The translations under genes and the position numbers were made by a program. Below are positions 54,193 to 64,000 of a stretch of 64,000 nt of DNA, in pieces (the first letter of the stretch is position 1; every line of letters starts with the position of its first letter). The notes beneath the pieces are model-generated. The model was given only the letters and a program-made list of their open reading frames with translations. It was not told the DNA's origin and did not search any database. The DNA lies in the NCBI GenBank assembly GCA_951406725.2, contig OX597831.1, positions 70,928,001 through 70,992,000 of the forward strand, given 5' to 3'. The stretch comes from Octopus vulgaris. Taxonomy: Eukaryota.

Positions 54193-55464
54193 ACTGATTA
54201 TGAAAATTCCACAGAAGACAGTGAATGTGACACTCTGAGGATTCAGCAAAAGCAATTCATTTGAAATGTTATGTTTGCAGTAGATTCAAATCATTCAGGT
54301 GTAATGTTGCACAGAACTTGGAAAATGGCACACAATAAAACGAATCTAAGAACTTGCTTCCAATTCTACATTTTAATGGCAAAAGTCTATTTGGAATTGC
54401 AATAGTTCCCCTTACAACATCAATAACTGAAAGTTGAAAGACATGTCAAGAATATTTCCATTATCTCTATGATCATGATTCTCCAGTGGAACTAACTACA
54501 TGTTTTAAATATATAAAAAAATATATAATACTGTAGCATCACCATGAGTTATGCCATTAATGTATTAATTAGAATGTGGCAAGTAACTGCATTGCTTTAA
54601 GATGAGACGTAACATACTATGCTACTATTTCAAATAGAAAAATAAGGGGTTATATTTATCTGTGTTGTTTTATAATAGGGAACGGTTACAGCATGTATTA
54701 TGATTCTGAGTTTCAATTCTGCATTGAACTTTTCTAACAAATCCATTATTATTACAAAATTCAAATCTAAAACAGTCAGACAGAACACCTCTACGGCCTC
54801 TACAGCCATGTAATTTTGATTAGACAAACTAAAGATTCCAACATGTGAAGTGTTTCACATGAATAAAGTATAGTGCCAAACAAGAGATTGGCTAGGAATA
54901 AACCAAAAGCAGAAATAATTTAAAATTCCCTTTATCTGAAGTGTAACCAAATGTTCAAGAATCAAACAGATCTATAAGTAGTGCAAAATATTTATTTCCA
55001 CACCTTGTATTGATTAAGCCTCATATCATTTCTATTCAATATCGTTTACTGATTACCTAATGAGTTTCTTACTTATTTCTATCTGTATGAGAACCGAAAA
55101 TGATTCAAGTGCCATTTACCTTGTGCTGATATAGTTTTACTATACTCAAACCCACCAAATAGATCACACTTGATTTTCTTACTGTTTAAGGGCATTTAAA
55201 CTTATTTAATATTCAGTAAATCTTTAAAAGAGAAGTTAGGTGAATAGGAAATAATATTTATCTTTGCTTTGCAGATATCGAAGATGACATAAAATTTCCT
55301 TGTGATAATAGCTGGAATAGTCCAATACTCACATACTCATGAATATATGCATTGATTCTCCAAAGCAATTGCTTAAGACTTGTATATTCATTCATAAACT
55401 CGTTTCCTCTCGAAATCTGTCTCGCACGCTCCTTTTGTTGTTTTATGACAATAATTCTCTCTGT

Positions 55465-55600
55465 GAAGGTGCATGGCCTAGTGGTTCAGATGTTGGTCTC
55501 ATGATCATAAGCTCATGGGTTCAGTTCCTGAACTGAGCAGCATGATATGTCCTTGAGCAAGGCACTTCATCTCACATTGTTCCAGTCTACTCAGCTGAGT
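55465..55600 (+). mobile_element. Old tRNA-headed SINE
   Basis: tggcctagtggt...gggttcagttcc...gtccttgagcaaggcactt. Confidence 0.55.
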
Positions 55601-56959
55601 CAAAGACCAGCTGAGTGCTGATGCATCCTTCTCTTCTTCTAGCTAACACATCCCGAGTCTTCTTCTGATTCAGAAGGTGTCTATGGCTGTTCTAGGTGAT
55701 GTGCACCTAAAATAATTAGCGAAAGCATGGTTTTAGCTATTCAATCATATTTACTTGCAAGTGATGACAATGACAAAATGATTCTGTTTGCTCTTCGTAT
55801 GTATACCTAGGAATGCATGTGTGTATCTATGTATGTGTATGAAAATCAGTACAAGTGTGTATGTGAAATCAAGCATCAAGCATCTTTGCCTGAGTTTTTT
55901 CTCTTTTTTCACTTCATCTCACTTTGGAACAACATGGTCACTAGGGAACCTTTATGTGATCTTTAGGTAACCTCTATGTGGCCACCCTGCCTGATAGAAT
56001 TAACACCCAAATCCTTCTCAAATTGCTCTATATCATCTTAAATATTGAACGGTCCCACTGGATAATGTAGTTCTAGACATACCTTTAAAATGTATGTTTG
56101 GAATTCAATCAAATATTATAGGTTTGCTTATTTACTGTTGATCTGAGGCCCCATCATCTGAATGTAGATAACAAAAACAACGTCACATTTTAAACTTGAG
56201 AAAAGTCTCGCATATTTTTATTGTTCCACTTACAAATTGTATTTGTAATGTGTAAGTTGGTTGGTTGACATCTTTTTCTGGTCTGTGTGTGCATGTGTGC
56301 GTATGTGTGTGTGTGCATTCATGAATTCATTTATTCATGCTCTCTTTTCTCCTTCCCCCTCTTCTTCTCTTTCCCACTCAATTTTTTTTTTTTATTATTC
56401 TATCCCCTTCTCTACCTTCCCTTACACAAGCCAGGCAGCTTGCAGTTTGGATACTTAGAAACTTCTACATGTTCATGCAATCTACAAGAAATACTAGTTA
56501 AATCTCCTTCAAGCATTGCCTTATTGTCCTAAAAAATGGAAAGGACACTATACAGTATGTCATCCTAGATATCTCTAAATACACAGAACAGTCATGGTTA
56601 AAATGCTTTGAGTGTAAGTCTACTTGAAAAGTGTTGGCCTGAAGTTAAGCAACATCTGTTATAGAGAGACAAAGTTGATAAAAGGTCAACATTTTACACT
56701 CCCCACAAACATTGCTCTGTCTTTAGCTAAGGCACTTAACATGTAATTGTGCAGTGCTCCTACCTTTAAGGTATAATTCAACAATGTAGACAGTAGCAGC
56801 AGCACTATTGGTGTGAACTTTGTTAGTTTCCAGGACTGAATTCTGGATAATGAAATTATTGGTGGTTATTAATGTTTCGTTGATTTATTACATGTTATTA
56901 TATTATATTGCATACACAAAAGTATTGTTTATACTTGTCATAATAGTTATTGTCGGATA

Positions 56960-57200
<241 letters not shown>

Positions 57201-58180
57201 TTCTGTAATACATGCTATAACAACATAGTTTCTTATGTTGTTTATTCCACAAATCTAGGATCAAAGAAGTTTTGTTCATGAACTTTCTGTCTTTTATTTA
57301 AACATATGTATTCAGTTGTAAACTATAAGTGGAATCTAGTTGTGTTAAGTCTGTAGAATTTATACTTTGATCAGGAGCAAAACAAAATTGTTTCTTTTTT
57401 TGTATTTTTTTAAATTTTTAGTCAGGAGGGAAAAGCAGAACCCATTACCCTTTACTTTGAGGCTGGTGGAAGGAAGAGAGGAACTTATCCTCAGACCAAA
57501 ACCATAGACCAAATGCTTCCGACTGTATGAACTCTGCTAGAGTCACCCAAGTGCCTGGTGGTGATGTTCAGCTGGGTGAGGAATTAACTCCACTACCCAA
57601 GTCAGCCACAGCAATTTTGGATTCAGAATGCAAAGAGTTAAATTAAATACTTCAAGACATTTCCTCTGATGCTCTAACATTTCTTCCAGTTTACCACTGT
57701 AAGGAATTTTTTCATTGACCCATAGAATGATGACAGGCAAATTTGACATTGGCAAGATTTGAACTTAGAATCCAAAGTGTTGAAACAAAAGCAAGACATT
57801 TCATACAACACTCACCATCATAAAAAAATGGAAGGACACATTGAATAAGGTAGTCTTTGATATATCTAGGACTATCTTTAGGTATATCTAAACATGCAGG
57901 ATGGTCTTGACTACAATACCTTTCATAATAAATGTGCCACATCCAGATTGAACCAGGGTTTAATAATATCTGCTACAGAAAACCTGTTACTTGAAGTTGA
58001 TAGTCATTGCAGAACTTTACATATATATGATTTTAGATTTTCTAAAATAAGATTTCTTTTTCATACTCTCTTTAGTTATAAACATTATGTTAGTTTAGAT
58101 CAATGCTTTTCAAACTTTTTGCTGGAGCGGACCCCAAGGAAACATTCCACTGATGGAGAAATGGAGAGAGAGAGAGAGAA

Positions 58181-58215
<35 letters not shown>

Positions 58216-58419
58216 AAAGCTGTGAGCAAAGATCAAAACTCTAACAAGTAATGAAGCCAAACAGTTGCTGCTTGGTTCCAGCTGTTACAACTTCACTCAG
58301 TTTGGTGGGGTTTCAGGCCTAGAGAACCCAGATGTTGATTGGTTGTATCAATACTCCTCAGCGTCACTGGAAGGAATGATACTGTCAGGTGATGAAATCA
58401 TAATTTCCAGTCCACCCCT

Positions 58420-58835
58420 GATGAAAGGAAGGCCCCACAATACAAGTCCTAGAGTTCAAACGTTGGGGATCTTCAAACACTGGGACTCCCAGAGGGGATG
58501 ACAAGAGATCAAGCGTCCTGGTGGTTTGCTGTGCTTGAGAAGACACGTCAAGCTAGGTAAAATTGTGGTTGTCCTTGCATACAGACATGTCCCCTGCATC
58601 CTTCTTCAGCTGAGTGATCCTAACCTTGCAAGATCGTGGTTGTTTTGCTACATAAAAGCACCTGTACCATCAAAGCACCCAGTACACTCTGTGAAGTGAT
58701 TGGTGTTAGGGAGGGCATCCAGCCATAGAAACCTTGCCAAACAAGTATGGAGCCTAGGCAGTTCTTTAGCTGGCCAGCTCCTGTCAAACCATCCAACCCA
58801 TGCCAGCATGGAAAAATGGACGACCATGATGATGT
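58420..58835 (+). mobile_element. RTE LINE ORF end continuing into the family B 3' UTR
   Basis: DLQTLGLPEGMTRDQASWWFAVLEKTRQAR* (58468-58560), then cataaaagcacc...ggagggcatccagcc...gatgatg. Confidence 0.7.
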
Positions 58836-59216
58836 TGTATACAAATAGTATGTATGTATATTATACAGCTATATGAAAATCTATTTTGTATAGTCCTCCA
58901 TTCACAGATAGTATGTATAGCTATGGTTTGATATTTGGTATAGGGATAAAAAGAGATTTCATCATGCACTAAGAGTAAACTGTTTGAATAATGAACAAGC
59001 TGAGGTTATGAAGTAATTACAAAACTAATTGAAATTATTTTGCACCAATAATGACCTTAATTCCAATTTTACATCTCCAGCTTCACCTCCATTAGTAATA
59101 AGGGCTCTCATAATTTGTTAAAAGAACATAAAAAGAAGTGTTTGTGAGATGACTCAAAGGTGCTTTCATTGCTGTAACAGAGATTGATAATATAATCGTT
59201 TTTGTTTCAGTGTACT

Positions 59217-59217
<1 letters not shown>

Positions 59218-59311
<94 letters not shown>

Positions 59312-59312
59312 T
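59218..59312. repeat. (ATA)n microsatellite
   Basis: Seen directly. Confidence 0.95.
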
Positions 59313-59807
59313 TATGATATGATGATGAGGAGGAGGATGATGTAATTCAAAGGTCCAGTCTTGTTGCATATTGTGTTTGAATGGTTTCACCGAAATGCTT
59401 TAAGGCTACAAGTCTCTGTGGAATATTCAACTATTTTATATGTTAATTTAATGAGTCAGACATTCAGTTGAGTGAACAATTGAATGCCTGTCATCACAAT
59501 CAATGTGGATCTATCGTTGCTGTTATAGCAGTGTAATATCAATCATAACATCTTATCAGGAGGAGAATAAAACCATACTTATTGACTAGATAAACAGCCA
59601 AACAAGCAAACAGAATAATCGTATTTCTCAAAATGTCATGGATTGCGAGGTTAAGGAGCTTGTTTCACAATTATATGGCTCTGGGTCCCAATGTAACTGC
59701 ATGGCACATTAGGCCGGTGTCTTCTACTACTAACCTGGTACTTGTGAGAGAAATTTAGTTGATGCAAACTGTACAGAAGCCTTTCACACATACAAGCAAA
59801 CATACAT

Positions 59808-60156
59808 CTTTTATTCTTTTATATGTTTCATTCATTTGACTGTGGCCATGTTGGAGCACCACCAAGAAGTGTTTTAGTCAAATGAATTGACTCCAGGACT
59901 TCTGTTTTTTAAGACTAGAACTTATTCCAAACTGTTATAGTACAAGGACGTAAACACACCAACATCAGTTGTCAGGCAGTGATGGGATGACAAACACAGA
60001 TACAGAGTCACATACATAGATACACATACACATATGTACACACACACACACACACACACATAATACACACCTTGGGAAAGTGTCTTCTACTACAGCCTCG
60101 GGTTGACCATAGCCTTGTGAGTGGATTTGGTAAATGGAAACTGAAAGAAGCCAGTC

Positions 60157-60194
<38 letters not shown>

Positions 60195-60396
60195 GTTTGT
60201 GTGTCTTTGTTTGACTCCCTCACCATTGCTTGACAACCAATGTAGGTGTGTTTACAACTTAGTGGTTCGGTAAAAGGGAATCGATAGAATAACTACTAGG
60301 CTTATGAAGAATAAGTCTTAGGGCCAATTTGTTTGATAAAAGGCAGTGCTCCAGCATGGTCGCAGTCAAATGACTGAAACAAATAAATGAATAAAA
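59808..60396. mobile_element. Inverted pair of SINE family A fragments
   Basis: 59808-60000 minus-strand tail; 60068-60396 plus-strand body and tail. Confidence 0.75.
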
Positions 60397-61545
60397 GCAC
60401 ATTCGTATACATATACATACATATGTGTGTATATGTGCATACCACATTTACATATATTTGTATATGTATTTGTACATGGCATGTGTGCGTATAATATCCA
60501 TGTTTGTTTTAGCATCTCTTCATATTAAGGAACAGTAACATTTGCTAACATCTCAATTAAACAAACAATATGTGCCATGCAGTAATGACTTTATCAGTTT
60601 CAATAAATAAAGACCAGTGGAAAAGAAAATATCTTACTTGAAAGACAATTAAATGTTGGTGGACAGAAAGAGCATCCTGCTATATAGAACACTGCCTCAC
60701 TAAGTTTTGTGCAACCCATGCCAAAATGGAAAAAAGTGGAGGTAAAAATGATGAGGATGGCTGTATCACCTGTGAGAGAAATATCAAGTTGGTATTGATT
60801 GTGAACATCTTTGGCGTAAAAGAAACAGATATCTAAAAAAACTAAAAAAAAACAAAAGCAATGTTTCTTTATTTCCTAAACATCAGAAAGAATTGAAATT
60901 CATTGAACACAGCCTCATACTTCTAGCTTCATTGTAAAGTTAAGATTAAATGTAAGTTCTTATAAATCTTCAACAGATGCTTATTCTGATTGGCGTATTT
61001 TTTTACTTTTTGTATTTTCTGAGGATATATTTCACTCGGAATTCAATGAAATTTTCAGAAAAGTAAATAAGCTTAAGATACATCTTAAAATCTCAAGTAT
61101 TTCTTTTACATTTGGTCGCATTGTCATTCTGAAGCCATTAAAACAGCAAAAAAAAAATACACACATATAACAAAATAATAAAACAGAAGAAAAGAGCAAA
61201 AATACAGCTGCAACTTAGTTTACTATTGTGATTAATTGAAGTTTTCCATTACTAAGAAAAGGTTTCATTGAAATATATTTTGCTTCTAGAATGTTCTTCT
61301 TATTTGTTCATTGTCTATACAAAGCAAGTATATCTTTGTCACTAAGTTTACCAGTTGTCTTATTCAAGGTGCCACATTTATTGACAGTTCCTTACTACAC
61401 AGTTTATTTCCATGACATTTACTCAACAGCACAAAATAAAATATTGTGGCAGCTTCAGGTCTTTGATTAATGGAAGCTCAACATGACATTTTGTAAAAAT
61501 ATCACCAATCCTCATGTGTTTATTTACTTGTTATTTGTTCAGAGT

Positions 61546-61936
61546 GTGGAGGTGCAATGGCCCAGTGGTTAGGGCAGCGGACTCGCGGTCATAGGATCGC
61601 GGTTTCGATTCCCAGACCGGGCGTTGTGAGTGTTTATTGAGCAAAAACACCTAAAAGCTCCACGAGGCTCCGGCAGGGGATGGTGGTGATCCCTGCTGAA
61701 CTCTTTCACCACAACTTTCTCTCACTCTTACTTCCTGTTTCTGTTGTACCTGTATTTCAAGGGGCCGGTCCTCTGTCACTGTCTGTGTCACGCTGAATAT
61801 CCCCGAGAACTATGTTAAGGGTGCACGTGTCTGTGGAGTGCTCAGCCACTTACACGTTAATTTCACGAGCAGGCTGTTTTGTTGATTCGGATCAACCAGA
61901 ACCCTCATCGTCGTAACCGACGGAGTGCTTCCATCC
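61546..61936 (+). mobile_element. SINE family D, full length, with 13-bp TSD
   Basis: TSD atttgttca(g/c)agt at 61533-61545 and 61937-61949; highly similar to 38343-38726. Confidence 0.9.
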
Positions 61937-62194
61937 ATTTGTTCACAGTAAGTTAGACTGATTCATAGAGTTATTTGTTCTTTTGAAATCCTCCAGCCAC
62001 CCTTGTGTGTATTTATATGTCTAAAGAACAGCAATTTAAGTCGGGTAGGGTTAAATATCCTACTTGTAATACTAATCAAATACCTACAGGAGACAAGAAT
62101 TCATGACACACGAACTAGTAGTTCAATACTTTATACACTCAACAATTTTTGCCTCAACAGTAAATGTAGAAATTTTTCTATAAAATGTAACATA

Positions 62195-62584
62195 TCTTTA
62201 TATATAAAAGTGAGGTTGTGTGCTGTCTGTCTCCTACGATTTAGATTCCTAACTACTCCCACATTTTGCGGTGCAGTTTAACCAAAACCGGGTATCTTAT
62301 AGTCGTGATTCATATCGAGCCCTTCTGGGTATTAGCACGCGTCTACGATTTAAAAAAAAATTTAACATCATTTTTTCCCATTTTTAATGCAATTTTTTGC
62401 TATTATATAAAGAAAGTAACTCTCTAAAAATGTATTATTAAATCTCAGAACGTAAAAAGCTACAGTAACACCACCACCCTTTGTGGTTAGCCATATTGAG
62501 ATGGCTATTATACTTAACATCTCTAAAAATGCTTATATAGTTATTTCCCTTACAAATCCGAGCAACGCCGGGCGATACTGCTAG
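62195..62584 (+). mobile_element. Non-autonomous Helitron
   Basis: A|TCTTTATATATAAAAG start, ccgagcaacgccggg hairpin, CTAG|T end; carries ~100 bp extra between duplicated ctctaaaaatg relative to the 35147 copy. Confidence 0.88.
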
Positions 62585-62839
62585 TAGTATATAGAATTCT
62601 CTCTGAACCACAGCGTCTGTGTGGAGAAGTCACTAGTTGTTGGTTTAATTTATCATATTGTTCCCATTTTGCTTATAGCAGTCATTTTGCCCTCATTTGC
62701 AAATAATGTATAACTGTGCCTTCTCCATTTTGGTCTGTCCATCTGGTTAATATTTCACTTGTAATTCATAATTGCAGTCAGCACTGTGGAAAGACACTCA
62801 TCCAGTTCTGAAACATTCACTTCAAAAATATCTATCTTT

Positions 62840-63262
62840 TGTCTTTTTTTTGTTGCAGTTGTGAGACTGTGGCCATGCTAGGGCACCACTTTCAAGACAT
62901 TTTAGTCAAATGAATCAATCCCAGTATTTATTGTTTTTTTCTTTAAAGCCTGGTACTTATTCTGTCAGTCTCTTTTGCCAAACTGCTAAGTTAAGGGGAT
63001 GTAAACAGACCAACACCAGTAGTCAAACGGTGGTAGAGAACAAACACAGACACAAACATACACACACATAGATATATAGATATACATATATATACACACA
63101 CACACATGACAAACTTCTTTCAGTTTCTGTCTATCAAATCCACTCACAAGGCTTCGGTTGGCTATAATGGAAGACACTTGCCCAAGGTGCCACACTGTGG
63201 GATTGAACACAGAACCATGTGGTTGGGAAGCAAGCTTCATACCACAAAGCTATGTCTGCACC
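62840..63262 (-). mobile_element. SINE family A, diverged
   Basis: gactgtggccatgctagggcacc...gaaccatgtggttgggaagcaagc. Confidence 0.8.
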
Positions 63263-63693
63263 TAGTTTTGTAAAATAAATTATTCCAATGTACTAGCATG
63301 GAAAAAATGAATGTAAGCTGAAAAAATAAAGAAATATGAAATCCAAAACAGAATGCCCACAGCTAGGTTAAAACTATAACTGAACTTTGTACTCTTTACC
63401 ATTTTTACAAATGAAAAATTCTTTACATTTTCTTTGATTAGTGACTACAAAAATTGATAAAGAGATTTGCTATTTTATTAAATATGTTAGCAAAGAGATT
63501 ATGAATAGGACAAAGTTGATATTTTAAGATTGATTGCAGGTCTTGATACAAAAACGGGCAACTCTCAAATCTATCATGATTTGTTTAGCTTGGAAATGTT
63601 GCAGAACTTTCTCTTCTATTTCTCTCATCCTATCTCTCTTTCTTCCTTTTGTATCCTTTCTTTATCTCTTTATATATGTATATATATATACAC

Positions 63694-63734
<41 letters not shown>

Positions 63735-63750
63735 TACATACATACATACA

Positions 63751-63812
<62 letters not shown>

Positions 63813-64000
63813 AACACACGGCATATATATATATATGTCTCTTTTAATCTACATGTCTATCCATCTTTCAATAACAGTTTATGTATGTATGTAAAGTATA
63901 TGTTCATCTGTCCATTCTATACTCTGTTTCTTTGTTTTTCACTGCAGCTAACTTTATCTTCCTTTTCTTCTCTTTTAAAAGGAAATTTACTTTATGTTTA

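Overview
AT-rich eukaryotic (animal) repeat landscape with no confidently recognisable host gene. The dense (TA)n/(TATG)n/(GATA)n/(AAT)n microsatellites and these tRNA-derived SINE families resemble a coleoid cephalopod (Octopus-like) genome; this assignment is inference. Most ORF-track entries are microsatellite or SINE read-throughs. Supported content: (i) an apparently uninterrupted 480-codon Hero-like (R2 superfamily) reverse transcriptase ORF running off the left edge, absent from the ORF track; (ii) a full-length, frameshifted DD34D mariner with TIRs and TA TSD, plus DD37D (maT) and other mariner remnants; (iii) fragments of CR1/L2-, RTE-, R4/Dong- and Gypsy-type retroelements; (iv) non-autonomous Helitrons and hAT- and piggyBac-like MITEs; (v) at least four SINE or LINE-tail families. 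The most interesting signal is a set of short inserts, mostly inside (TA)n tracts and often folded back into 200-450 bp palindromes. Several unrelated families among them carry a type-I minimal hammerhead ribozyme architecture as known from Penelope-like element pseudo-LTRs. Each family has a different catalytic-core variant, including a G3:C8 swap of the conserved C3:G8 pair. All structures were read by eye; no activity is shown.
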